DNA of 62,252 nt, filler included, from Jimgerdemannia flammicorona (Eukaryota), in the NCBI GenBank assembly GCA_003990765.1. It is 3 parts of 3 records of this genome, joined end to end, with 100 filler letters (N's around TTAATTAATTAA, not from the genome) between each part and the next. Parts side by side here need not be neighbours in the genome. Positions count along the whole stretch, not along the records: positions 20,787 to 41,470 come from RBNJ01001612.1; positions 41,571 to 62,252 come from RBNJ01001613.1; 1 more part is not named here. The stretch is one strand, 5' to 3'. The notes beneath the pieces were generated by a model that saw only the letters and a list, made by a program, of their open reading frames with translations, was not told where the DNA came from and made no database searches. A program made the position numbers and the translations under genes. Of this stretch, positions 38,385 to 52,573 are shown piece by piece (the first letter of the stretch is position 1; each line of letters opens with the position of its first letter).

Positions 38385-41300
38385 GTTCACACCTTTCACC
38401 GGTAACATTCAGGTGACACAAGATTTGGACAACACTTTCTGCGAAGTTTTTGGTGAAAAGCTACTATCAACATGGCGAGCAACGAGCAAACTAGTGGGCA
38501 GGTCGGCCAGGGGGGCAGCCGGGCCTTCGACTGGCAGCAGGTTGGGAGGAAACGAGGAGATGGTTTGGGGATGCCAGGGCCATCTGTGGTGGACGGTGGC
38601 GCTGGAGGTGGAGGGAGAGGTGGACTGAGGCAGAGAGGTGGGGAGAGGGCGACCTTTGCCGACAAGGTCAGGATGGGGAAGATGGCCGCAGGGCTGGAGG
38701 GTTGGTTGGGACTGGGGAAGGCGATGCCGGGTTCAGAAGGAGGGCAGGGAGGATCCCCTATGGGAGCCTCAGTCGGTATGGGGAGTGGGGGAGTAGGGGT
38801 TGGAGATGTGACTGCTGATGGGGCTGTGACGGGGAATCTGGAAAAAAATCCAGATGTGATGGTGGTTGGCGGATCCAGTCAGAAGGAGGGCACGAGGCCT
38901 GGGGACCTGGCTGATGGAGTGACAGGCATGGTGTCAGCACCGTTACTCAAAAAGTCAAGGTCAGAATTCACGGTCACATTGTGTTTCCGAGACTTGGCAG
39001 TGACTTCGAGGATGATCCTGGGGCTGGTGGCACAGGAGGTAAAGGGGGCAGCTATGGTCAAGTTCATGAAGGGGAAGGAAGGGATTGAGGTTGGGTTTGA
39101 AGAAGAGGTGTCGATGCTGGAGGCTATGGAGAAAGGGGTAGTTGTGGGTGGACTGGTAGTTCCTATGGCGAGGTGCATGCACTGGGACCCGAGAGTGGTG
39201 CAGTTGACGGTGCTGGATCTTCCTACGGTGTCGCGGGAGAAGGCTAGGGAGTTGATTGTGGAGGTGGTAAAGGAGTATGGGGATGTCATCGATATCAGGT
39301 TCAAAGTCTGGGAGGGTATGGAACTTAGGACTGGAGACGTTAATGTGAGAGTATGCTTGTTTGGTCGGGAGAACACGGGGAAGGCGAGGGACTGGCCGGC
39401 GATGCTGAAGTGGGGACTAGTTGAGTGTAGGGTTTCTCGGATGAAAGGGATGCTGGAGGAAGAGGAGGATTTGCTGGAGGCTCTTGAGGATCTGACGGGA
39501 GCTGTCAAGAGGAGATGATTGGCTTGGAAGGAGTATGAGGCCAAGACGGTAGTGGAAATTGTAGAAGCGAAGAAGATCAGGATGGACCAAGGAACTTGGG
39601 AGAAGATGCAGGGGAGGCGTATCCAGAAGGAGCTGCTGGAGAAATTGGGAGGAGGCGTGGTGGAAGGTGGAGAGGGAGGAAGTGGCGTAGGATCGAGGGA
39701 AAGTGACTGGGCTGGGGAGCCCAGAGTGGATCAAAGGGTGGCCCAAGAGGTCCATGGGGAAGGAGGGCAGGGCGGCATGGTGGAGGACGCTGGGATGAGC
39801 ATAGAAGTACAGCCACAGTACAGGGTCCCGGGAGGAGTCGGAGGTGAGGAGGAGCTTCTTGATGTCCTGGAGGAGGAGTGGGATGAGTCGGGAAGGAGGA
39901 TCGCAGTGGTGAACCCAGTGGTTGGGGGGGAAGGGAGTGCCCAGGGTGCCGAGGCAGTGGTGGAGGAGGAGAAGTGGCTGTGGAAGACTCTGGAAGGGGT
40001 GGCAGCTGAGGAGCTGGGAGGTGAGGACTTCCGGGTTATGAGTGATAGGCACTGGGAGGAAATTCTGCGTAGTGAGGAGGTGCCAACGAAGGTCTGGAAT
40101 GAAATTCTGGTGGTGCTCCTGGAGTCGGTGGAGTATCAAGTTGATGATCAGCGAGAGGAGGAACTTCGAGTGATTGTGAATGATTGAGCAACTTACCTAT
40201 GGAACTCGAAGAAAGGGTTGGAGAAGTGGGGAGTAGTGTGCAGGGAGTATCGGACCGAATTTGAAGTAGTTGATGGAGCAGAGTGCCAGGAAATCTTGGA
40301 GGCACTGGATGCGCAGGAGGTGATGGAGGATGAGTTGGAGGATGAGCAGCGCCTGGATATGCGGGGGGACAGGAGGAGCATGGAGTTCTAGATTGTGATA
40401 TCCCTACCAACATTATTCAATATGAACAGTACAACTAGAATCTTTTCTTTGAACATCAATGGGCTAAGGGGGGCAAAACAGCGTAGAAACATTTTTAGCT
40501 AGTTGAAGGGTCTGGAGGCAGATCTCTTCCTATTGCAGGATGTGTGGTATGAGCCGGATGTGGACCTACTGGACTGGACTCGGGAATGGGGTGGGGCGGC
40601 TATATGGACAGGGCAGGTGGGCATCCTGGTTAGAAAAGGGATGGGGGACATTGGGGATGATGGACATTGGGGGAGTCGGCTGGTATGGGGAGTGTGGAGG
40701 AGGCCTGGTTGGAATGCTTTGACTGTTGGGTCGTGCTATTGCCCAGCTGAGAGAGGGGAGCGCATAGGCTGGATCAAGGACTTGCGTGAGGCAGGGGTCT
40801 TGGGGGAAGCTGGGATTGACTGTCTGGGGGGTGACTTCAATATGGTGCGTGATAATGTGGTAGATAGGACTGATGGGGGGAGAGGACTGCAAGGTAGAAG
40901 TGGAGGGCAGGAGGGTTGGATGGAGGTGGAGAGGTTGAGTTCATTGGTGGACTCAGGGTGACAGTTCTGGGGGGATCGCCAAATCTATACTCATTGGGTG
41001 GCAGGACTTGGATCTAGGATCGACTGGGTGTTAATGGTGGAGTGCTGGGGAGTGGATGTCTGGGCTACGCTGGAGGTGGTTTGGTGCCTGTGGTCCGATC
41101 ACTGGGGGCTAATAGGGAGTGGGAGATTTGGGGGAAGTGGGGATGGGCCAGGGCATTGGCGACTCAACTTGTCTCTATTGGAGGATGGTTCTCTATGGAC
41201 TGATTGGGAGGTGGAGGCTACTGAGAAGATTATTAGATGGCAGGAGCAGAAATTGGTCATTGGAGATTGATGGAGGAGGCTGAAGTCAAGTGCTCAGCAG

Positions 41301-41470
41301 TTCTGGGGGGAAGCAGGGAGAGAGAAGAGTGCACAAAGGTGGAGGCGGGTACAATGGGCTTCACATAGATTGGGGACACTTTTGGAGAAATGGGCAGGGT
41401 GGATAGAAGGTGAAGGAGTAGTGGAGTGGCGAATTCAGCAGATAAAGAAGGAAGTAGCGGAGCTGAAGGA
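38385..41470 (+). mobile_element. LINE copy D (young, CpG-rich; ORF1 38472-40391, ORF2 from 40422), cut by assembly gap
   Basis: Same 5' UTR as copy C (ctttcaccggtaacattcaggtgacacaag); ORF1 has 640 codons with only two TGA stops; APE motifs present. Confidence 0.92.
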
Positions 41471-41570
41471 NNNNNNNNNNNNNNNNNNNNNNNNNNNNNN
41501 NNNNNNNNNNNNNNTTAATTAATTAANNNNNNNNNNNNNNNNNNNNNNNNNNNNNNNNNNNNNNNNNNNN
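41471..41570. other. Artificial contig linker (N44-TTAATTAATTAA-N44)
   Basis: Identical to 20687-20786. Confidence 0.97.
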
Positions 41571-41574
41571 AGGA

Positions 41575-42095
41575 CTTTTGCTTACTCTACTTTATTTCCT
41601 CACTTACTCTGCTTTATTTTCTCACTTGCTCTGCTTTCATTCTCTCACTTACTCTACTTTCATTCCCTCACTCACTCTACTTTCATTCTCTCACTTGCTC
41701 TATTTTCATTCTCTCACTTACTTTGCTTTCATTCTCTCACTTACTCCACTTCACTTCTCTCACTTGCTCTGCTTCACTTTCCTCTCTCTCTATTTCTTAC
41801 AGCTCATATTCTATATACTTCACTACTTGAAAAGATCATCTATTCTTCATTCTGACCACCCTAACACACCTTACTGCTTGAAAAGACTATCTACACTCTC
41901 TGCCTAAGGTACTTTGTGTACATTCTCTAATCTGCCTCATCTCACCTTGTCTCACCTCACTGCTTTTGATATGCTACTTTTGGTATATTGCTTTTGGTAT
42001 ACTACTTTTGGTATATTACTTTTGGTATATTGCATTTATTTTCTATAACAATGTTTGCCAAGCTAATGTTTGCTAAGCTAATGTTTGCCATAATG
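41575..42095. repeat. Cluster of pyrimidine-rich minisatellites (~23-, 14- and 15-bp units)
   Basis: ctcacttactctactttcattct, tacttttggtatat and aatgtttgccaagct arrays. Confidence 0.75.
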
Positions 42096-42121
42096 ATGTA
42101 CCAGTAACATAAAGACTATTT

Positions 42122-42535
42122 GGGGAGGTGTCTCCTAATCTGTACCAAAAACATACTATCTCATTTCTAAGGAGAACCTCTTGTAGTCTGTCTTTAATGT
42201 TTCATTCAGAAGACTATTCAGAGAGGTATCTCTCAATTTGTACTGATGACATACTCTCTCTCTAGAGGAGGATCTCTTACAGCCAGTCTTTAGCATTCTG
42301 GGGAGGCTAATCAGAGAGGTGTCCTCTGATTTGTACTGACTATATACTCTCACTTTGGTGGAGGACCTCTTTTAGCCAGCCTCTAGTATTCACCCTTGGG
42401 CTCATCTACCTCACTATGGTAGAGATATCATAAGGATAACTAGAGACTAGTTGAGAGGGTGACTTCTAATCTGTACTGATGATATTCTCTCTCTTTGGAG
42501 GAGTACCTCTCATAGCCAGTCTCCAGTATCCTCTG
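42122..42535 (+). repeat. Four degenerate ~93-96-bp units, possibly a decayed coding repeat
   Basis: gagaggtg..tc....t.tgtactga....actctc...t.ggagga.ctctt..agccagtct recurs near 42124, 42221, 42314 and 42453. Confidence 0.65.
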
Positions 42536-43025
42536 GTATCCTCCAGCATCTCTCAGCATCTCTTGACAGTCATAGTTTTTTTTTCATTCTGACAATCCCC
42601 CTCTTTGCACCCACCACTGTCAGGTTCTTCTAGTGAATTATTATAAAATAGAAGCTGATTTTATCCCTACTGATTTCAATTTAAGTAAATTGCTGACTGC
42701 CTTAAGGTAGAAGTTAGAGGCTACTTTAGCAATTCCCTCAACCTTTCTATCTAGTAGAGTCAGTCTGGAGTTGGATTTTGGAAAACCTCTAGAATGTGAT
42801 ATTTTGGAAAAGTTTTTGGGCTCACTAGCTTATATAATTGATATAGAGCAAGAAATTAATATACTTCAAGAGATATTTAGAAGCCCCTACTGTGAGAGAT
42901 TATCTAAGCTATAGTATTTTCATTTTTCTGAAAGCCCTCCTCTAATGGATCAGAAAATATATGATCAAATTTTTCAATATCTTTCCACTATTTAAGTAAG
43001 TTTTTGGAAATTCTCAGAATTGCTA

Positions 43026-43064
<39 letters not shown>

Positions 43065-43699
43065 GAGGGGATATGGGGGCATATTCATCCAATCTGGATT
43101 ATTTACAAGGTTATTTTGCTTTTTATTTTAATTTTTAGAAAGTGAAGAAGAATCAATATAAAGTATAATTAGTAGATTTTTTAAATTAACAATAACAATA
43201 CTGAATAGATCAGCAAAATCTTAAGATCAAATTTATCCAGATTCAGTTCCATATCCCAAGTCTACAGGATTTTGAAATACTGAGAATTCTGAGGCTTTAT
43301 CTTCCTGAAGACTAGATAATAACACTTTATATATAAAATTTAGAAGAAGTAGAATAGCAATATTCTGTCAAGTCTTCAGAAAAAGGATGCCAAAATCATT
43401 TTTGAACTATGATATTTTTGAAGTCCTCCACTTTACTAGCTAGCATTCTAAATTCATACTATAATTATATTATCTTAGATGCTGATATAGAGGAAGTTGT
43501 TCTTATCATTTGAAAGAAGATATTAGGAGATCAAGCAAGCCAGGTTTTGATAGATATTTGTAAGGAGATATTTAAGATTTGGAAAGCTAGATTGCATGGT
43601 AAAGCTTAAGCTAGAACTAGATCTTATATATTAGCTAGCTACACTTTGACCTATGCTGAAGAGATGTATTGCTGTATCATATCTCTTAATAATTTTAAA

Positions 43700-44857
43700 C
43701 CAAAAATTAGATAAAATAAATGAGAGGAATACAAAATAGCTATTATGAAAATAGCTTTATTTCTTTTCAACACTTTTTGTCAGATATAGTGACAAATTCC
43801 CTACTTCATCCAATTTTTGACCAATTCAACACTCCTTATTATTTATCTTCTGAGGAAATTTTGAGTGGTATTCTAATATCCTTAGCATTCTCAGTATTCT
43901 TAGTATCTCCAGCATCCTTGGCATTTCTGGTATTCTCAGTATCCCTGGCATTTCTGGCATCCTCAGTATCTCTAGCATTTCTGGCATTTCCAACTTTAGT
44001 ATCCTCAGCATCCTTAGTATTCCTGACTTCATTAGCTTTGAAATTATCTAGAATAGATAGAGGTCAGATAAATCTAGATCAATCTAAGATACATTTTAGA
44101 CTTGGAGAATTTCAGTTTAAGCAAAATATAGTGAAAGTCAGTAACATATTTTTTAGCCAATATATAAGCTCTCCTATTTATATTGATTAAGATATAATAT
44201 CTATTTTACTTTACATCATTAAATGTAAAGGACAGTATACCTCAAAATCTGAGGGCTTATTCTATAATTTGGCTTATAGTATTGAAGTTCTAATATGATG
44301 ATAGTGTTTCACTCAAATCAACTATATAGTTTAACAGTTATTGGAGATAGTATAGTTTTAAATAGTTTATCTCTAAGTGTTTGTCACAGAATCTTAGAAG
44401 CTATGCACTACTATAACAAATTTTTTGAAAACTTAGAGAAGCAAAAAAATCTGTAGATATTTTATATATTTAGTAGTGGATTTTATATTATGTCTTAGTT
44501 TTTGAATATTTAGTAGAAGTTTGGTAGATATAGTATCCTTTTTTTGGGTTTTTTTCTACTAAAGAATTGTTCTTTTTGGTGGGCTTGTTAATTTGTACTA
44601 ATTGACTCCTAATTCAGTTTGGTTTGTTATCTGAAAAATTTGCTGAGATTCTAGCTCCTAGGATGAATTTGAGCTGACTCAAATTAATCTAAACTAGACA
44701 TATAACAAATTTAAATTTAAACTGATTAAAATTCATCATATGATGAATTCAAACTGATTCAAATTTATCATATAATGAATTTGAACTAGCTCAAATCAGT
44801 TATATGATTGGCAAATTTAAATCAGGTTCAAATTTCTCTGACTTGATTAGAGCACTA
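43700..44857. mobile_element. Decayed hAT-like element with terminus at 44857
   Basis: Ends GACTTGATTAGAGCACTA like 20904-20921, preceded by decayed gaattc/ttcaaat subterminal repeats; 9-bp repeat tract at 43880-44030. Left boundary and transposase not securely recognised. Confidence 0.45.
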
Positions 44858-45047
44858 TATAAAGTATATATATATAAGTTCTCACTATATACATATACTA
44901 TCTTTAAAAGTTGCTTCTACTCTGATAACTTTATATATTCTTTTTTATATATATAGCTTAATAGTAGATGTAATATCTCATAGAGCTCTTATATATAGTA
45001 TAATATAGTTTTAAGATAGCAATATATATAGAAGAAGAAAAGTATAT

Positions 45048-48000
45048 TTCTCTATTATAATTTATATTATATAAACTTCTAATAATACTTTTGATATAGT
45101 ATTTAGAGAAAAGATAATAACAATATAGTAATGAGCAAGAGTTCTGATCATAGTAATGAGTAAGAGTTTTGATAAATGTACTGGTCTAGTAGATCTGAGG
45201 CCTTTGGATGATAGTATATTGAGAGAGAATATGGTCTGAGAATAGACTCTTTCAGTAGTATGAGTAGTTAGGAGAAGTCTGAAGAATGACCAGTATCAGA
45301 TAGAAGTGGAGGCAGACAAGGGTCTATGAGTTTTACTAATAAGATAAAGATAAGAGAATAGCCAATAAGTACTTGGACTAGTGAAACTGGCAGTAGAGGT
45401 GAGCTGAGCCAGAAGAGGGCTAAAGGTCCTCTGTTTGGGAGAGTAAACATAGAGACTAGAAGAGCTATAGCTGGGAGAGAGGGGGAGACTACTGATAGTA
45501 ATATAACTGGGAATCTGGAAAAAATCCAGATGTAACAACTAATGACAGGGCTGGGCAGGTGGGCTAAGAAAGGAATAAAGATCTAGTAAATAGTGTAATA
45601 GGTCTGATAGTAGTACTATTACTCAAGAAGTCAATCTTAGAATTCACTATCATATTATATTTCTAGGAACTAGTAGAAATAATTCTAAAGCTGATCTCAA
45701 AGCAACTATCTGAGACTGCTTCAGTAAAGTTCTTATATAAACTAAAGAGAGTTGAGATAGACTTTGAGAAGATAGAGCTACTGGAGAAGGCTTTGAAGAC
45801 TGGATTGATATTTAGTGAGATAGTAGTACTAATGGTAAGATACTTATATATAATAAGACTCCAGAGTGGTACAACTCCTGGTAAAAGAGATATCTATAAT
45901 GATAACTACTGAGATAAGATAGAGGATAGAGAAAGTAATGATAGAGTACAGTATATAGTAGATATCAGATTCTAAGTCTGGGCAAGCTCTTTTCTCTACT
46001 ATTATATCAGTCATATAGTTTTGGCAGACAACTGTCTAAGTCTCCTTTCCCCTAACTTCTCATTCTCTACTCTAGTATGGTTTGCAATACCTACATAAGT
46101 ATAATAGAAGGAGGGCAATAGTAATGAGTGACCCTTTTATCAGTATATGATTGGTGTCTTTTCTACTTTTTTGCAGTTTTGATGCCTCCAGCTATGTCTG
46201 AAGTATACTCATTTTAGTACAGTGCCTTCTTCCTTTTGCTATTATTAATAAGGTATTATCTTGATATATTACAAATTATATAGGAAGTCAGCCAATCTTG
46301 GGCATCAAGTACTCAGTATAGATTACCTATAGGTCCTCAGTACCTATAGTAGAGCTCTCTAATTTTGATGAGCTTTCTGGTGAGTGCAGTTCTAGTATAG
46401 ATAACTATTTTTCAGATGTTGTCAGTATGAGTAAGGAGATGGCCATTACAGATAAGAGAAAGGACAATAATGGTAGACCAATAGGGTACCAGGCTGGGGA
46501 TAGTCATCAGAGTTAGGATAGGTGCTGTATTGATGGGGTCTTCTGATTGGTACAGAGCAGTTAGGTAATAGATATCACTCATGACTTCTTTTAGTGATTT
46601 GTGAGGTTGGGCCCCAGTTATTGAGAGAGGTCAGAGGGCTTAAGGCTATCTATTTCAGGTATCTTAGCTATTCTCAACTAGAACCAGAAGCTGATATATC
46701 AATATAATTGAGATCTATAGACTTGTATTGAGGGTCTCCTCTTACCTTATATATAAGTCCTTTACTTATCTCATCTGGGAGAACCAGGTCCTATTCACTA
46801 TGATATACTTTAATAGAGGTTTTTTCTTTATCTGTCATTCTTCTTAGAGTAGCAGGGGCTATTCTATTCAGCTTAGGTATAGCCTTATATATATGTTGGG
46901 CTTTTAGATATACATATGCTTTCAGTTTTTAGTATATGGTTGATTTTCTCTGATAGTAGAGAGACCATAGTATACAGAATAAGGTGTGGGCTATATTAGG
47001 CCCTGCTGTATCTGATATAGTTGAGCTACTGGATAATAGCTAGCCTAGGTTTAATGAGAGTATAGTACTTAAGAGCGGATAGGGGAGGGTTTTGGCCTAT
47101 AGTCTAAGTTCTCTTTCAATAAAAATCTATAAAACATTGAGTCTGTTAAAAAAAAAGATTCTGAGTCTAAGAGGAGATAACTTTCAGAACTGAAGATATA
47201 GATATCTGGCTTCAACTTATAGAGAAAGAGGCTATAGAGAAGAACTGAGACTAGCTATTAGTAATGATGTAGAAAGCCTTCATCTATAAGATGATAAGGG
47301 TGAAGGGGAGTGAGATAGAAGAGAAGAATCTGCTAGAAGTACTGGAGGACTTGAGTAGAGCAGTAAACTATAGAGCTATAGTATAGAGAGAGTATATTGT
47401 ATTCATCTACTTAGAGATAGTAGATAAAAAATATATTTGAATAGACAAGATACTGTGGGAGAAGACTTAGAGAAGAAAAAGGCAATAAGATCAATTGGCA
47501 GAGTTGAAGGCAGTATTAGTGACTAAATTAGAGAAAAGTTCAGAGGGTATGCTGGAAAGTGTCTGAACTACTAGTAGTATAGAGAAGTAGGTAGAGAGTG
47601 TGAGAGTGAGTAGAGAAATGAGAGATCAGCAGCTTTATGATAATGGTGTGCTAAAAGTGTAAGAGAAGGAAGAGGTGGGGGAAGAGAGGGCTATAGTTTT
47701 AGGGTAGAGAGCTAGTGAAGACATCAAGATGAGAGATACTAACAGGGTTTAGTTTAGGATACCAGATGTCACAAAAAGAGACAGGTGGTTAATATTAAAA
47801 TAAAGGAGTTAGTAAATGTTCTGGAGGAGAAGTAGAATAAGTCTGTAAGTGCTAGAACTAATACTACAATACTGAGTGGTAAGTGGTCAAATACTTTTGA
47901 GGGAAAAAATATTGAAAACTTATGATAGATATATATAATAATGTACAATCTGGTGGTAGAGGAGTTGGGTGAGATAGACTTAAGAGTAGTTAGTGAGAAT

Positions 48001-51000
48001 TACTAGAAGAGGATTCTGCAGAGAGATAATATGGTAAAAGCTCTCAAGTCTGAGGTATTGGTGGTTTATCTGAAGAGAGAGAGTTATGAGATCAATGCAA
48101 TAAGAGAGATAGAGTTGCTGGAGACTAAACTGCTTTTTAATAGAAGAAGTAGAATGGTAGTATACTCTGGCAAGAGACATATCTGATATATATATAAGGA
48201 GAAGATAGAGGAGAAGAATGATGAGATAATTACTGAGATTCTGACTAGGCTAGAGGTAAGGAAGGCTAAGGAGGCTGAGGTATAGACAGAGTATGGTCTG
48301 AACTTAGATTGCAAGATAATAAGTATAGAGCTATGAGAAGTCAGGTCTACTCTATAATATTATCTTTTTATGAATAATATAACTAACATCTTCTTACTAA
48401 ATATAAATGGTTTAAAAGATTCTATAAGATATTAAAATATTTTTTCTTAGCTAAAGAGATTGGAGGCTGATCTCTTTCTTTTGCAGGATATGTGCTGAGA
48501 GGAGGACTTTAATGGATAGAATTAAACTAAAGAATAGAGTAGTATAGCAGTTTGAAGAAACAAAGTTGAGATTCTAGTATAGAGTAGCAAAGGCAAATTC
48601 TGTAAAGTTGGTAGCTAGAGTGGTCATTTGGTATAGAGAGAGTAGTATGTATAGACCAGAGTGAGAGTCTGTTATTATTGACTCCTATTATTGCCCAGCA
48701 GTATAAGGTAAGTAGATTGTATAGTTGGAGAGACTTCTAGATTATAGAGTATTGACTGAAATAGGAGTGGATATTCTTGAGAAAGACTTCAATATAGTTA
48801 GAGATATAGTATTAGAAAGAACTAATTAAGAGAGGAGTACTAGAGGCTATAGTAGTAGTCTGAAGATATAGAAAGAGATAGTGAGGCTGAGCTCTTTAGT
48901 AAATGCAGACAGAGTATTATAGAGTGACTGAAGAGTATATATCTACTGGATGAATAGATTTGAAACTAGAATTGACTGAATGTTAACAGCTGATTGCTAG
49001 GAGATAAATATTTAGAGAAAATTAGAGATTGAGTAGTACCTATGATCTGACTATTGGAGATTGATAGAGCATGGTCAGTTTGGAAAAAATAGAAATAGAT
49101 CTGGATATTGGTATCTCAATTCCTCTTTACTGACTGAGTAAAAACTATGGGATATATGAGTAGAGAATATTGGCCAGAAGATCTATTGTTAAATTAAGGA
49201 GAGATACTTGATTAGAGTCTACTAGATAAGATTAAAAAAAAAAGAGGCTGCTAGAGTCTACTAGAGAGAGACTGGTAGACTAGCTAGAGAGCAGTAATAT
49301 AGACAAGTAAGGTAGCCTTTAGTTAGATTGGTCTAATTACAGATGGATTGGGCAGGTCTGCTGGGGCTGAAGATAGAGACAAATTGGAGATAGAAGAGTT
49401 ATAAAGAGTGTTAAGAGAGGAGGAGGAGGCTTATGTAAAGAGAATATCAGTAAGGTTACAATAATAGAGGTTTGAGAGGACAAGAGGTCCTTTAAATATC
49501 TATTATAACTTCTTTAAACATAGAGGGTAAAGTAAAGATAAGATAGTGTACTCAATAAGGAGAGCTTACTAATATATAAAATTCAGTGAATCTTAGACTT
49601 TCTAAAGAAGCAGTAGGAGGGAGTTTGTGAAATAAGAAAGAGGGGAGTACTGATGTAGTAGCTATTGAGTATACACTGAAAGATTGGTAATCTCTATAAG
49701 TAAAAAGACTGGGTGATCTGGTTCTACTAGTCTAGATAGTAGAAATCTAGCAAATTCTTATAGCTACAACATCAGACACTGTACCAAGTAAGGATGGTCT
49801 GCTCTGGAATTTTTGAAAAAAGATAGTAAGAGTCTCAGAAATATTAGAAGAGATAGCAATACTATGTAACTTTTTACTCTTATCTGAGAAGTAGATTGGA
49901 GAGCAGGACCTTGATCTGGTAGTATTGCTATTTAAGGATAAGAGCAGATAAGAGAATTGAAAGAACTGGTGGCCAATCATACTTCTGAATATAGATAGGA
50001 AGCTAGTTATAAAAGTAATTATTGTATAGCTACAGAAGGTGGTCTAGTAGATATTGGGTGAGGAGCAGAGAGGTTTTATTAGAGGTTATCTTATAAGAGA
50101 TAGAATAGTAATACATAATATCATTGAAGAAGTGAGAGCTAGTAGATTGGATAGAAGATTAGTCTTTCTGAATCAAGAGAAGGTCTATGATTATGTGAGG
50201 TGAGTATAGCTAGAGAAGGTATTAGACAGAATTGGTATATCTTAGCAATTCTGAGTTTTGATGATTAGTTTGTTAGAGGGTAGCAGGGCAGTACTTATAT
50301 ATAATAATTACTATAGTATAATATTCTCTTTAGAGAGAGATGTATCTCAGAGAGACTTATTGTCTTCAATTCTATATACTCTATTATTGAAACTATTGAT
50401 AGACCAAATTCAGTATATAGTGGCTAAGCCCTTAATCTATGGAATAGTTTGAAAGATTGTACATAGTATTTGCTGATAATATAGTGGTTGGCCTTGACTC
50501 TATTACTAATATTAGAGTATTGTGAGAGACTGTGGAATAGTATAAGAAGTACTCTAAGATAAAGCTCAACTGGCATAAGTGTGAGATGATAGTGCTAGAG
50601 AATAGCTTAGTAGAGGGAAATGTCATTGGAACAATTGTCCTAGCAGAAGAGACTGTATAGTATCTGGATATATTTCTGTTAGTTTATAGTTAAGAGTTTG
50701 ATAGAAGAGGAAGATAGTTAGCTGGGGGAAAGCTCTTCAGAGCTGAAAAGAATATCACATCTCTCTGATAGAGTAGATATTGATTCTGAATATTTACTAG
50801 CTGTTAAAGTTATGGTATCTGGTATACCATCTGGACTTTCTAGCCTGGGTGGTGAGAAGATTATCAAAGTTAGCTAAGAATTGAATCTGAGTAGAGAGAT
50901 GATATCAGATAAGATAGGAGATCTTGATATTATTAGTGAATAGAAGTGGTCTGAGTTTTGTAGACTTCTCTAGAAGACTATATTGCTTGAGAGCTTAGTT

Positions 51001-52096
51001 GTCAAAGCATACTGCTGAGCTACAGAGAGATAGATGAGTACTACTACTATAGAAGATTTGAAAGATATATTTTTCTCTTAGAGGCTCTTTGGAGGATCTA
51101 CTATCATTAGTAGAACTAGGTAACAGTCAGTACTTATAGTTTATAGACTTCTGGTAGAGGGTAGTAGATAGTGCTTATCACATTATATTGTGCTAGAGTA
51201 GTGCTGAGAGAGAAATAGATTGGAATCCTAGAATGTGACAATGAGATCAGCTTCTATTGGATGGCTCTTTACTGGTAAACTTTAATCTCAGTACTAAAGT
51301 AGAGTACCAGTGAGAGATAGACCAGAATTTGAGTAGTAGATAGCTAGTATTAACAAGAAATGGGACTGAGCAAGAGTCTGGTCCTAGAGTTTAAAGATAT
51401 AGTAGTGGCTTCTCTTGAAGTTCTGAGTAGTGTAGTGGCATTTGCTACAGAGAAATATTATACTAAACTTTAGGTCAGAGTACTTGATAGTGAGTAGCAT
51501 CTTTAATTATAAAGAGTACTTTAATATAGAGTAGAAGGAGAGATTTATACAGATGCCTGAACATTGACTAGATGAGTATAAGATTCTTAGTAATTTCTGA
51601 GTTATGATTGAAAATTACCTAGGAGTAGTGAGAAGAGTAGATAGTGAGCAAAATTAGTAGGAGAATTTGCAGGAACATCTGGTGAGCTGTATTGGTGATG
51701 AGTGGCTCACTAATGGGTAGGTCTTAGTAGTATAGATGAGTCTGGCTAGATACTGGTTATATATATTTAAGAAGGATAAGAGAATAAGTTTAGAGGAGTA
51801 CTTATTGAGATAAAAAAGATTGATAGAGGATGTTTTGTCTGACTGATGAGTAGAATAAGATCTCCAAAGAGTTACCATCATTGTCTAGTAGAGGGAATTT
51901 ATAGGAAGAGTAGAGGAAAAGTTATAGTAATTAATAGTATAGTGGCTTTTAATTGTAAAGGAGTGGAAGAGAGTCTCTTTAGAGAGATTAGATAGAGTTG
52001 AGGCTTTTGTATTATATATAGATTAGATTAGTCTGATAATAAATATAGAAGCCTGAGTAACTATAATATATATATATATATATATATACATATATA
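45048..52096 (+). mobile_element. LINE copy E, full length but heavily C>T/G>A mutated
   Basis: TSD GAAGAAGAAAAGTATAT (45031-45047) / GAAGAAGAAGAGTATAT (52097-52113); relic motifs NLEKNPDV, PLLKKS-like, DFN, WWPIILLN, NQEKVYD, FADN; (TA)n tail; contains the 1.2-kb retroposon. Confidence 0.88.
45983..47155 (+). mobile_element. 1.2-kb non-autonomous poly(A) retroposon, copy 2, inserted in ORF1 of LINE E
   Basis: 16-bp TSD AGATTCTAAGTCTGGG (45967-45982) / AGATTCTGAGTCTAAG (47156-47171); same 5' and 3' ends as copy 1. Confidence 0.85.
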
Positions 52097-52573
52097 GAAG
52101 AAGAAGAGTATATATACATAGAGTCTGATCAATAGTATTATATCTATTATTGGGGTCAGACCAAGTAAGATACTATTGCTGATATAGTTGATGAAAGATT
52201 GCAATATATCTGTTCTCTTAACTAAAAATAGTACTTTATGTATATAGATAAATATTATAAACTTCTATATATAGATTACTATTTATAAACTTAATATCTA
52301 TTAAGTCTGTAATATTATATAGTTGAAAAAAGATATACTTATATATCTTTTACTCAAAATTTATAATGATGTAATTATAAGTATTCTTCTTTATACTAGT
52401 TATTACTATAGATAATATATATCAGAATAGTCTAATCTTTAGTAGTAGTACATCAGTAGATCAAAGCTATATATATAAAGTAAAAGTAACTTATAACTCT
52501 ATAAATATAACTTTCTATAGACTAGATAGATGCTTTTAACTCTTATCTTATGAGTTATATATATATATATATA

